From: Welwitschia mirabilis
Lineage: Eukaryota
Length of the DNA: 36,125 nt
Direction: 5' to 3'
Assembly (NCBI GenBank): GCA_051453625.1
Contig: JBOZIK010000001.1
Location: 31,671,451 to 31,707,575 of the forward strand
In this document: in pieces, positions 1 to 12,255 of the stretch
Layout of the letters: each line of letters starts with the position of its first letter
Position numbering within the stretch: the first letter of the stretch is position 1
Position numbers and translations under genes: made by a program
The notes under the pieces: model-generated
What the model was told of the DNA's origin: nothing
Database searches by the model: none
Seen by the model: the letters and a program-made list of their open reading frames with translations, nothing else

Positions 1-149
1 TTAATGCATCAATTCTGGATGAGAATTACACTTTTTTGAGATTTCCGCTTATATCTCCAAAATCCTCAGAATTGCATCTAAACCTGTATAAAAGTCCTAT
101 AAAATAACTCATAAAACCCATTAAATAACTGTAAATTGGCAGTGCAACA
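1..149 (-). mobile_element. 5' end of an Athila-like (Ty3/gypsy) LTR, truncated by the window edge
   Basis: Reverse complement starts TGTTGCACTGCCAATTTACAGTTATTTAATGGGTTTTATGAG. It aligns by eye with the LTR start at 20323 (cGTTGTGATGCCAAATTGTGTGTTTTTTATGGGTTATATTGAG) and with the LTR ends at 5373 and 12246. Confidence 0.7.
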
Positions 150-3100
150 ATGGCTATGATGTACATTTATGGATTTAATCAAGATTTTTTTGATAAAGTG
201 CATGTTTCTTTTCAAAATCAAGATAAATAAGATGCATGAAAAGCCATTAATATTAAGCTTACATAGATAATGTGAAAATCAATGACTACTCCACATAAAA
301 AGTAGGTTAATAGCTACATTCTATTACTTCATACAAGTAAATAACTATATAATATGAACTTTAACACACTCAGTAAGGATCTTACTTCCACATGATCATA
401 ATTTAATTTCACAAGCTCTTTGTCTTTTGATGCAGCATTCAAAGTTTCTCATTCTTATGGCTCGCCTTATCAATCTAAATAATCTACCAATAAATTATAT
501 CTGTAAAAGGAATCACACTATCATAAGAATTAGGCACTATAAAAATATCAAAATAAGAAGTCTAATCACACTAAAAAAAATGAGAATTAAGTTGAAAATA
601 TTGCCATCTCTAAGAAGAACATATATTAGTGCTCATGATACATAAGATAAGGTTATACCTTGGACTCTTGTAGGATACCTTGGGACAAGATCAATTCTAC
701 ATCTATGGTAAGTAAAATTACTAAAATATCTAATTTTATTAATGATATTAAAACATTTGAGTTAAATGAAATCTTTGATAACTTTAACTTTGTGGATATA
801 AGTGAGCACATACCTTATGATGAGACATGGGTTTTTGATAGAGGCACAACTCATCACATGATTTATCAGCATGATTATTTTAATAACTTTGTTAAAGTAC
901 CAAGTCAAGTTTATTTGGTAGACAGACTCTAGTTCTAATTAAATTTTATGATGTAGTTAGCTTTAACTTCACATTGCTCTCTCCATAGAGTATTTCTCAT
1001 GTCCTATATGTTTCCTTTCTGAGGTTTCATCTTTTATTACTTTTCACTCTAGTATAAGAAGATCATTCAATTTCTTTGATAAAGTAATTAAGAAATAATT
1101 ATCATAATAATTAGTAACTAATAATGAAAGGCTATATGGAAGGAAAGCTCATTTATCTTCATGATTGTATTTAAATGTAAAAGATCACTTGCATAGATTT
1201 CTAAGATGAGATGACATCCTACTCCTTGCATGATGAATGCTATGTATGAGAATGCCCACTAACTTCTTATAAAGATTTCATGGAATTTTCTTCAGTGTGA
1301 AGTACGTATTATGGATAAAGTGACTCAATAGTAATTTGGATCAAATAAATGACATGCTAATTCAAATATTCTACTTATTCATAATGATCTATGTAAACCT
1401 ATGTCAGTTTCCATTCTCCATGGATTTTGTTATTTTATCCCTTTTATTGATAACTACTCCTAGATGACTTGGTTGTATTTTATCAAATCCAAATCTTAAA
1501 CTTTAAACATCTTTAACAAGTTTGAAACTAAAGTGGAAAAAAAAACTAACTATTAGATTAAAAGTTTCCACTCAGATAATCATGATAAGTACATCTTTAT
1601 TGAGTTTAAGGATTTTCTCACTTCTAAAGAAATTTGACATTTGAATACTTTCCTGAGATACCTTAATAAAATGATATTATTAAGTTATTTAATCATAATA
1701 TCATAGATATGATTCATTTCATGATGTATTATAGTGGTTGTAATACCTATCTATGGGATAAAGTAGTGAATATAATAGTTCATCTTAATAACTACATTGG
1801 TCGATATACTAGAAAATGAGTATCTCTATTTAAAACTTGGTATGAATACAAGCTAAAGTTGAATCATTTCATGTTTTTAATTATAAGTATTATATCCATA
1901 TTTCACATAAAATATCATGATAAAATTTTAAACACATGCTTCTATCAGCATCTTAGTGAAATATTCAACCAACTAGAAGGGTTATCAAGTGTATCTCACA
2001 TAGCATCATAAGACCATTATTTCTCATGATATCATATTTTTAGAGACTTGACACAATAATTATTAACTTAATCCTTTAAAGCTTCTTTCTTATTATAATC
2101 TAATTAAATGCTTAATGTCTTATGGTTGATAGGGAAGACCTAGCCACAATTCATGCTTTAGTTTTTTATATTGGTAAAACTACTTTGCAACCTATAGGAA
2201 TTAAGTAATTTGATTCTCTAAACATGCTTCTCCAACTAAAGAAGATGATACTATCCAAAGATAGCATTGAAGTACTTGATTACATTCTATGTTCTAAGAT
2301 GTTTATTATGATGATTAGGGTAAAACTATAACTAGACATCGCTCACATACATCTCATGATGATGATGATAATAAGCTTTACTTAACTTTTTATGGTGAGT
2401 TAACCTCATTTAAAAATGATATTCAACATGATCATTGGATAAATTTATTGCAAGAATAATATAATATAATTAATGAAAATAGTACTTGGGAGTTGGTAGA
2501 CTTTCTATTAGGACACACAAACATTACCTAGTAAATTTATTTTATGCAATAAGTATAATGTGAATAATACTCTTGAGTGACATAAAGCTCAGCTTATTGC
2601 TATAGGCCTATGATAGAAGAAAGAACTTAACTACAATAAAGTATTTAATTTAATAACAAAATGGACTACCATTAGAATAGTAATTAACTTGGTAGCACAA
2701 AAAGAATGGAAGCTTCATAAATTGGACATAAAGTCTATCTTTCTCTATGGAGACTTAAATGAAGAAATCTACATGATGCAATCAAAGGTTTTTAAAAAAA
2801 AGGAAAATAATACAAGATGTATAAATTGATCAACTCTCTATATGAGCTAAAATATGCATTAACATCTGTTGGATTCAGAGTATGTGATTATCAAGATGTG
2901 GATGCCATGTTATTCATAAAATCTAATGGATATAAACCTACATACATAGTGATTTATGTAGATAATATGATGATAATTGAATGTAATGAAGAAGATGTAA
3001 AATGAAGAAAAATTACTTTAAGTAAGACATTTAAATTTATAATCTTGGGTTAGCCAAATTATACCTAAGTGAGAAATTATTTAGGAAAAGGATGGAGTCT

Positions 3101-5766
3101 TCTTAACTAAAAAGTAGTACATTGGAGATTTCATCCAAAATTATACACTAGAAGATATAAAAAAAGCTATAATACCTTTAGAGAAGAATGCTAAGATATT
3201 TATTGATGAAGACTCCAAATCTAAAAATAAAATAAAATATAAAAGAATAGTAAGAATTTTGATTTATGTAGCCAACAATAAACCAGGCATATCATACATT
3301 GTTAGTGTATTAACAAGGGATCTTCATGTACCTAACATCACTCATCTCAATGCTGAAAAAAGAGCACTAAGATAACTAAATAAGATAAAATATTTGAGTG
3401 TAACCTATAAAAGAAAATATTATTTCATCTTCAAGGCATACTTTGACTCGGATTTCAAAAAAAAAACTAATACCTAATTATCAACATTAGGGTATGTTAT
3501 AATGTGTATTTATACAAATGGTTATGCTCTTAAGAAGATCCTGTAATTTATCAATAAATATAGATTTTACACAACATAATGTACTAATATTAATGGAAGT
3601 GATTCAAACATCATATTCTCATTAAAGGCATAGGCGAGAAGAAAGATAATTAATTTCAAGAATGAAAAACTTATGTATATTAATAGTAAAAAATAAAGAA
3701 CAATAAAGAAAATAACGATGCAAACACACTTATGCAAATGAATGAAAAATTTAAACTAAGTGCAACTTTTATTTGATTATTGAATCAACTTATCATAGAG
3801 ATCAATCCTATATAATCTAGATTAATTATGAAATGTTTTCATTGGATCAAGATCAACCTAATCTATCAGGTACGTTGAATAGAATACAAAGTTATGCAAA
3901 GTTAATCTAGAATAAAATATAATGCATCTAAACTAACAATGCTCAATCTTAACAAAGGTTGCCCTAATAATCTATATTACTAAAGAATCTATCACATAAT
4001 TAGAAATAACATAAACTATAAGGGATATGAACAAAATAAGCATATGAAAATAAAAAAGAGTTTTTTGAATTAGATTTGAACCAACATCTATGTTACAAAG
4101 TAGCAGCACCTCAATGAAGGATGGACAGTCCAACACTAAGAAAGATGTCTTTTTCAAATAATAAGAATGAATCTTTGACCCTTTAATATCTTGTTACAAT
4201 AATTTCTATTGCAAATAAAAATTAGCAAGAGTTAAAGATGGAGGCAACATTTATTAACAAAAATAGACACATAAACAAATAAGACAAACAGACATGTGCA
4301 AAATCCTAACAACTAGACAGAAAACTGAGAGACAAATGGCCAAAATTAGGTGAATTTTAGTGAACTAGTATTTTAGGTATCATTCTGTAAGTCACTTGGA
4401 TGATACCAAAGATGATGCAATCACATAAAAATTATATATCCTCTACCAGNNNNNNNNNNNNNNNNNNNNNNNNNNNNNNNNNNNNNNNNNNNNNNNNNNN
4501 NNNNNNNNNNNNNNNNNNNNNNNNNNNNNNNNNNNNNNNNNNNNNNNNNNNNNNNNNNNNNNNNNNNNNNNNNNNNNNNNNNNNNNNNNNNNNNNNNNNN
4601 NNNNNNNNNNNNNNNNNNNNNNNNNNNNNNNNNNNNNNNNNNNNNNNNNNNNNNNNNNNNNNNNNNNNNNNNNNNNNNNNNNNNNNNNNNNNNNNNNNNN
4701 NNNNNNNNNNNNNNNNNNNNNNNNNNNNNNNNNNNNNNNNNNNNNNNNNNNNNNNNNNNNNNNNNNNNNNNNNNNNNNNNNNNNNNNNNNNNNNNNNNNN
4801 NNNNNNNNNNNNNNNNNNNNNNNNNNNNNNNNNNNNNNNNNNNNNNNNNNNNNNNNNNNNNNNNNNNNNNNNNNNNNNNNNNNNNNNNNNNNNNNNNNNN
4901 NNNNNNNNNNNNNNNNNNNNNNNNNNNNNNNNNNNNNNNNNNNNNNNNNNNNNNNNNNNNNNNNNNNNNNNNNNNNNNNNNNNNNNNNNNNNNNNNNNNN
5001 NNNNNNNNNNNNNNNNNNNNNNNNNNNNNNNNNNNNNNNNNNNNNNNNNNNNNNNNNNNNNNNNNNNNNNNNNNNNNNNNNNNNNNNNNNNNNNNNNNNN
5101 NNNNNNNNNNNNNNNNNNNNNNNNNNNNNNNNNNNNNNNNNNNNNNNNNNNNNNNNNNNNNTTTTTTAACCTTAAATGTTTGCATGAATTTTACTTAAAA
5201 ATAGAAAATATTATAAAGTTTTTCAAATGTTATAAAATATAATGAATATTACATGTTTTTGTATCATTCATCTCATCTCTCCATCATCATAGGAATTTAG
5301 CATAAACCTATCTAATATCCTATAAAACTACTCAAAATACCCTATCAAATACATACAAGTTGATAGCACAATATGGTATATCATATTCTTGGAAACATCA
5401 TCTCTATCTTGATGGTCAACACATTAGAAAAATATAAAGCAATCTTCTATTGAAGCTAAATACATAGCCCCTTTCGAAGCATATAGATAACTTAAATGGC
5501 TAGGAAAATTATTAGAAGTAATAAACTTAAAATGGACTAAGGAAACAAAACTATTGATTACTAAATAGTCAGAAATTTGCATGGTAAAAGATATAGTACA
5601 AAATGACAAGATAAAACACTTTTGTATTGGGATTTACAAAATTAAAAAAATAATCTAAAATGAAGTTATTATGTCAATATACTATCTAATAATAGAAAAA
5701 ATCATTAATATTCTTACTAAATAACTTAATCAAGAAAAAGTTCTAGTATTTCCAATTTAGGATTAG
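150..5766 (+). pseudogene. gag-pol: Degenerate Ty1/copia gag-pol (PR-INT-RT-RH), many stops and frameshifts, split by a solo LTR
   Basis: Protease WVFDRGTTHHM (~826-860). Integrase LIHNDLCKPM, YFIPFIDNYS*MTWLYFIKSKS and SDNHDKY (~1374-1592). RT STWELVD (~2481) and IYVDNM (~2953-2970). RNase H YFDSDF (~3439), STLG|YIIFL, SSIEAKYIA, KWLGKLL and NILTK*L (to ~5730). The INT-before-RT order is diagnostic of copia. Confidence 0.92.
3495..5373 (-). mobile_element. Athila-like solo LTR (partly N-gap) inserted in copia RNase H
   Basis: Both ends are homologous to the ends of LTR 20323-21763. Termini TG (3495) and degraded ...cacaATA (5373). Flanks GGGTA (3490-3494) and TGGTA (5374-5378) are a 4/5 TSD. 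Excision restores the in-frame copia sequence STLGYIIFL. Confidence 0.85.
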
Positions 5767-5852
5767 ATTGATAGTGAATTAATTTAAACTAATTCTTTCT
5801 TTTACATTGTGGACTTCATTTGACTTTTGAATCTCTAATTGAAGTTACTTCT

Positions 5853-5985
5853 AATCCTAGTATTATAGGATGTGTACTACAATTATAATCTAATATTACA
5901 GGATGTGTAGTACATGTTTTGGCCTAGTATTATGGGATATGCAATGCACATAATAAGATCTATCTACTATGGGATGTGAGCAATA
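5853..5985 (+). repeat. Four tandem ~33-37 bp units in the copia 3' UTR, core ATCCTAGTATTAYRGGATGTGTAGTACA
   Basis: Units at ~5853, ~5887, ~5922 and ~5958, lying between the end of RNase H and the PPT. Confidence 0.75.
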
Positions 5986-6099
5986 AATTGAATACTTCTT
6001 TAATAAAGTAGTTTCCTCACATGACAACTACTTTAAGGAGGTTTTTATTGTAGGATACATTTTAAAGGTATTTCTGTTAGAAGAGAACATATTTTTGCA

Positions 6100-6295
6100 T
6101 TGAGGGGAAATTACTAAGTTTTATTTGCACATTGTGGTAATGCACGTAGGGATATATGAAATCCTTATAAAACCTTAATGTATACTTGCCTTTATAAGTA
6201 AGCTCTTTAATGTAATAAGAATAGAAGGAGAAATAACATTTTAATTTTGGATTTTTTTTCTTTTTTTTCCAGTAATATCATATTACTTATTAACA
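6100..6295 (+). mobile_element. Copia PPT (TTGAGGGGAAA) and short putative 3' LTR; right boundary uncertain
   Basis: Purine tract of the TTGAGGGGG type follows the 3' UTR. The second copy reads TTGAGGGGGGGA at ~8372-8383. No 5' LTR is visible in the window for comparison. Confidence 0.6.
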
Positions 6296-6539
6296 TCTCT
6301 TAGAATGATATTCAATGTCTTAAAATTTAGGGTTATTATTTTGACATCAACCAAAAATCTTCTGATAATTAAGTTGTAGGATAATATACCTTATAATTCT
6401 TATTGGGAATTCTTACTAATTTTAACTAAAAATATTCTTAATACAATAAAGGCCATTAATCACTTTTAATATCTTACATCTTCGCATGTAAAAATTATTC
6501 ATCTTATTCAAAAGATAGATGACTTATATATTACATTTA

Positions 6540-7874
6540 TTAATAAATAACTTTTTAACCATTGCAGGACCTCATGTGCTGAGGAACACATTTCTATGAT
6601 CTAATGATCTTATTCATTTATTATTAATAAAATTTAATAAATTAAAATTTTATTAATTTATTTCATTTTAAATAACTTTATCATATGTAGTTGCTAATGC
6701 ATGATTATTATCTTCTAGATAATCTTTGTATAATTACTTAACTTTAGCTATTAAGAAAAATTTATTATCTATTAAAATTATATTGTTCTTCCAAAATTAT
6801 ACTAATAATTATCTTGATATTATTCAAAATTTTCACTATCTAATAAATTGATAACTTTAAATACCTTAGATTTACTTAAATACATCCTTTAGAATTCCTT
6901 TAGTTCATGAGTACCACTAAAAAAAATCTTTATGAGGTCATCTTTGGGCATTTGTTATCTAGGAATTTTATTAATGCTTACCATTCCTAGCATTATATAC
7001 TAGATGTTTAATACAATAGACATCTAAGATCAAAGTGGTTTGATCTAGGAGCATTTAACATTAAATATTGTATGTGTACAAAAGCTTGTAACTCTAGAAC
7101 AATGGATTTAAACATAAAATGCCTAATGTTTTACAAATATATTATCTTGATCTTTGTTGTTTTTATTTCTACAACCTCTCTAAGTAATTAGAAATGCCTT
7201 CGCATGAAATTTTAACCTCTAGAAAAAAAATTTAAAACTCATTTCTTAGAATTTAAATTAGTAATATGATACTTAAATTAAATGAAGATAGTTTTAAAAT
7301 CTAACAATGTACATTTCTTAATTATATAGTTATATTATTAAATATCTAGATAAATAATACTATTCTTATTAAGTGTGTCTTCAATTATTGTATTTATAAC
7401 TTCTTTAAAAGTTAAAATATTTAATAAAATAAAAGGATTTTNNNNNNNNNNACTTATGCCAATGATTGGTTGCTAGAGTGATAAGGTCACAAACACATGG
7501 ATCCAGAGGTCCAAAGTTTAAACCTTAGTAGTGACGAGGAATACAAATGGAATAAATTTAATAAGTCCATGTGACACTGGGCATTTATGTGATACAAACT
7601 TACCTATCCACTATTGACAAGAAATATAGAATAGATTCCATATGCCCAAGCATCACTAGGTATTTGCATGACATAAAATTACCTACTTGCTATCTTTTAC
7701 AAAAAATTAATAAGGACTTGTATTTATCCTATATAGCTATTAGAAAAAATGTATGTACATGTAGAATTCATAGCAATCATATTTTATTTCATTAAAAATA
7801 AAGAATGAATGTCCTTAATGGATATTAAAATTAGATTTATAGAATTATTATGTAATGTAATTTATCTCAAAGTA
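6540..7874 (+). pseudogene. L1-clade LINE ORF2 remnant, copy 1 (5' portion, ends at a gap)
   Basis: Collinear with 8780-9890. Contains ILKLDL*N at ~7823, equivalent to the L1 RT motif KLDL.KA. Confidence 0.65.
7452..7706 (+). mobile_element. Putative tRNA-derived SINE inserted in block copy 1
   Basis: Absent from copies 2 and 3. A-box-like TGCTAGAGTGAT (~7471) and B-box-like AGTTTAAACC (~7515) at tRNA-like spacing, with an A-run at 7701-7706 after which homology to the other copies resumes. The left flank is in a 10-N gap, so no TSD can be seen. Confidence 0.55.
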
Positions 7875-7974
7875 NNNNNNNNNNNNNNNNNNNNNNNNNN
7901 NNNNNNNNNNNNNNNNNNNNNNNNNNNNNNNNNNNNNNNNNNNNNNNNNNNNNNNNNNNNNNNNNNNNNNNNNN

Positions 7975-8578
7975 ATCACTTGGTCAAAAGAAGTTTTAGT
8001 ATTTTCAATCTAGAATTGGATTGATAATTCATTCATTTAAACTCATTCTTTTTATACATTATGGACCTCATTTGACTTTTAAGTATCTAATTGGAGTTAC
8101 TCTTAATCCTTGTGCTACGGGATGTGTAGTATAATAATGCCCTAATACTACAAGATTTGTAGTACATGTTTTATCCTAGCATTATGGGATGTATAATGCA
8201 CATAATAATCCCTATTTGCTATGGGATGTGTGGTAGTAAATTAAATGCTTCTTTAATGAACCCGTTTTCTTACATGGTAACTCCTTTAAAGAGGTTTCAT
8301 TATAGACTATATTTTCAAGCTTTTTTCCTTAGGTACTTTCAATTTTTCTTAGAAGAGAGAATTTTCCAACTTTGAGGGGGGGATTACTAAGGTGTATATG
8401 CACATTAAGGTTATACATCTAGGGATACATGAAAATCATATTAAAATCGTAATGATGCACTTTCCTTGATAAATAAGCTATTCAATGTAATAAGAAATGG
8501 AGAAGAAATAAAATTTCAATTTGGGAAATCTTGATCTTACTCCTTTATTTCCTAGTAATATCATATTACTTATTAACA
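7975..8578 (+). mobile_element. Second copy of the copia 3' end (RNase H tip, 3' UTR repeats, PPT, putative LTR)
   Basis: Collinear with ~5722-6295. Tandem units at 8105-8240 and PPT at ~8372-8383. Confidence 0.8.
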
Positions 8579-8779
8579 TATCTAATAATGTTATTCAATG
8601 TCTTAAAATTTAGGGTTGTCAATTTAACTTCAATAAAAAGTTTTATGCTAACTAAGTTATAGGCTAGTATACCTAATAATTCTTATCAAGGATTCTTAGT
8701 AATTTTAACTGAGAATCTTTTTGATACAACAAAAGTCATTGATTACTTTTAATTTCTTTACATCTTTCCATGTGAAACA

Positions 8780-11340
8780 TTTGTTATTAAATGCTTTCTT
8801 GAACATTGTAGAACCTCATGTGTTGAGGAATACATTTCTACCATCTAATGATCTTATTCATTTATTATTAATAAAATCAAAAAATTAAAAATTTTTAATT
8901 TATTTCATGTTACAATAACTTTATCATAAGTAGTTGCTAATGCATTATTATTCTCTTTTAGATAATCTTCGTACAGTTACTCAACTTTTGCTACCAAGAA
9001 AATTTTATTATTTATTAAAATTACATTCTTCTTCCAAACTTATACCAATAATTATCTTAATATTAAACAAAATTTTTACTATTTACTATATTGATAACTT
9101 TGAAAAACTTAGATTTACTTAAATTCATTATTTAGAATTCTTTTAATTAATGAGCTATTGAAAACTCTTTTCTCTACAGTAGGAAAATTTGTATGAGGTT
9201 GTTCTTAGGCATTTGATACCTAGGAATTTTATTAATTCTTAACATTCCTAGCATTATATACTAGATGTTATGGACATTTAAGATTGAATTGGTCTAATCT
9301 AAGTCATCTAAAATTGGATATTTTGTATGTACAAAAGCTTTTAACACTAGAAAAAAATCTTTAAACATAAAATGCTAAATTTTGTACAAATATTATCTTG
9401 ATCTTTGTTCTTTGCATTTTCACAACCTCTCTAAGTAATTTGAAATGCTTTTGCATGGAATTTTAACCTCTACATAAATTTTTTAAAACTAATTTATTAG
9501 CATTTAAATTAATACTATGATATTTAAGTCAAATGAAGATAGCATTAAAACCTAAAATATGCATTTCTTAATTCTTTCATTATATTATTAAATATCTAGA
9601 TGGATGATACTATTCTTCTTATTAGTCTTCAATAATCAAATTTATAGCTTCTTTGAAAGTTAAAATCTTTAATAAAATAAAAGGTATTTTTAATTAGTAC
9701 TAAAATAGAGTATGTTATTTATAATTATTAATGACTTGTGTTCACCCTAAATAGCTATTTAGAAAGAGGTGGATACATATATAATTCATAGCTATCATAT
9801 TTTATTTCATTAAATTTAAAGAATAACTATCCTTAATTCATATTAAAATTAGATTTATAAAATTATTATGTAATGTAGTTTATCTAGAAAGAAAGAAAAT
9901 GGTAAGTTTAGATTTTTCATTCATTCTTAGTTCATAGATGATATATTCTCATTTTTTAAAGCATCATAAGATTAAATACAAAATATGAAATAATGACTTA
10001 TTAATTTCAAATGAGCCACTATGTTAAAAGTGAATTTTATGAAGAGAAAACTTGTGGATTTAGTATAAAAATATTAATTTAAACAAATGTGCAAATCAGT
10101 TATATTATGACTTGGATTAATTTCCTACAAAATACTTGGAAATGTCTATTTTGTTTAATAGAATGAGTTAAATTCATAAGGAGGAGGTGATTCTTAAAGT
10201 TAAATAATACTTTAATGGATGAAAAGCCAAACTTCTATCTCAAACTGGGATACTTTAACTACTTTAAAGTACCTTTAAAATATACTCATATCTCTTATGT
10301 GCTTTTTTAAGGCCTTATGTATAGTTCTCAAGTACATTAAGAAGGCTAAAAGATAATTATTTTTAAAGTTAGAATAGTAGTAACCTTACATATTTTATCA
10401 TGGAAAAAATTAAATGGAGATAAAATTATTGTAGGTTAAGCTATTAAGAATATTTTAGCTTTAAATATAGATCTGTTCAACAATTTGATTAGACAACTTT
10501 ATAATATTAGTAAACCATGGATCCAAATCATGAAAAAAAATACTTATATAATGATATAAATTTTATAGATTATTTCAAAATTATTCTTAAATCCATCAAG
10601 TGAAGAGATTTTAAAAAAGAAAGAATTGATAATTAAATATTATCAAAGAAGATAAGAAATCATGTAGTGAAAGAATATTATGTTACTATACATACACCTT
10701 AAAAAATCCTTTCTAAAAATGTTTTAAGTGGTATTTACTCCCTAAAAATTGTGTTTTTATTTGTAAAGTTCTATTAAAGAAGATACCCACAAAATCCTAT
10801 TTAGAATAAAGGATAATAATGATTCTCAGTGCATGTAAATTTTCTAATAATTATGAAATAATTGGTTATATTTTTCTTGATTGTACTTATATCAAGAAAT
10901 TTTATGAAACAGTGGAGATTCTTACATGTTTTAAACTTCAAGAAGCATAATTTAGAATGTTCTTGAAAGGTGAAAAGTAAATAGTAATGATGAAAAACAA
11001 TGCTCTTCATGGATACTTTTATTTATAACCCTATGGTATAAGATTTTGAGGGAATACAATTGAAGGAGTTTTTAAATAAAAATAAAATTGAAATAGCTAA
11101 TTTGTCTCTCGTCCTTTAGGAATATAAAAATTTAGTAAGTGTTCAGATAAGAAGTTTAGCCTCTAGTATATTTGGATATCATCTTTTACTAATTCATGAA
11201 ACTAAATTATATAATAGTAATAGTGAGAAATTTCATATTGTAGTACAAATTGAGATAGAACAAAAGAAACAGTGGGAAATTATAGCTATTCTAATTTCAA
11301 ACATAAAAAAGACAGTATAATTCATCTATCTAACTTTTCT
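8780..11340 (+). pseudogene. L1-clade LINE ORF2 remnant, copy 2 (EN?-RT-zf-RVT), internally deleted
   Basis: ILKLDL* (~9840), FIDDIF (~9931, FADD motif), FPTKYL (~10121), G*KAKLLSQTG (~10217), SWKKL (~10398), KPWIQIMK (~10512), KIPTKSYL and zf-RVT-like ACKFSNNYEIIGYIFLDC (~10830-10885). Confidence 0.85.
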
Positions 11341-11385
11341 TAGGACTTTTCTTATTATGAAGATGTTGTAGTTTAATGAAAAAGG

Positions 11386-11610
11386 GGTTTTTAGTTTCTC
11401 ATCAAAACAAAAAGTCTAAATTTTTTTATAATGCATACTAGTTTATATTTACATTTTGAGTTTGTAACTTAGGTATTGTATTATTTTTAAAGTTCTTTAG
11501 GTTTTTTTCCCTTATCAAAACAAGCCTAAATTTCATCTTACTTCATACTACTTTAAATATCCATTTTAAGTTTATAACTTAGGATATTGTATTATTTATA
11601 ATGTTATTTT
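11386..11610. repeat. Two-unit ~120 bp tandem repeat, also present at ~14895-15120
   Basis: Repeated TTTTCTCATCAAAACAAAAAGTCTAAATTT...CATACTA.TTTA.AT...CATTTT.AGTTT.TAACTTAGG.TATTGTATTATTT. Confidence 0.7.
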
Positions 11611-12160
11611 CATTTTATTAATTACCAAGGTTTACTTCTTCATTTAATTATTTAATATATTACATGAAATATTATATGTAATGAAATTAAAATTTATATA
11701 TAATTACTATTAATAATGGGCTTTCAAATAATGATGAATAATAAATATTAGTAATTATAACATAAGAAGTCAAAAATAAGCAAGATACATGAGTATGAGT
11801 TCACCATCTTGAGGAAGAATCACATGTATGATTTGACATGTCTAGATCAATATGAGTTACCCATGGATTTTCATTTAATTAAGAAGCATAATAATCCTAG
11901 TTAATGTTAAAGTTTTCCATTAATTAACTTCTTCATATATTAAAATAAATAAATAAATATGAGTTTAAAAAAAAAGATGGATTATGTCTAACCCTCACTA
12001 AAGGTTTTGAAGTCTTATGTTCAGGATTCAAAATGTTTTGTAAACTTAATCAATACTAANNNNNNNNNNNNNNNNNNNNNNNNNNNNNNNNNNNNNNNNN
12101 NNNNNNNNNNNNNNNNNNNNNNNNNNNNNNNNNNNNNNNNNNNNNNNNNNNNNNNNNNNT

Positions 12161-12246
12161 CATAGAAACTGAGCATTTATCTGTTAGCTTATCTGCAAAA
12201 CAACTCAAAATACCCTATCAAATACACTTAAGTTGGTGTCACAACA
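12161..12246 (-). mobile_element. 5' end of another Athila-like LTR next to a gap
   Basis: Reverse complement TGTTGTGACACCAACTTAAGTGTATTTGATAGGGTATTTTGAGTTG closely matches 5325-5373. Confidence 0.75.
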
Positions 12247-12255
12247 TATATTACC

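Noticed and set aside
7465-7530. tRNA gene
   Set aside because: Only degenerate A/B boxes are present, with no cloverleaf. It is better explained as a SINE head.
5853-8240. CRISPR-like appearance of the palindromic ~35-bp repeat units
   Set aside because: The linkers are only a few bases, there are no cas genes, and the array sits in a eukaryotic copia 3' UTR.
11860-11901. Helitron-like 3' end (...ATAATCCTAGT, also at ~15417)
   Set aside because: There is no convincing subterminal hairpin, and homology between copies continues past the CTAG.
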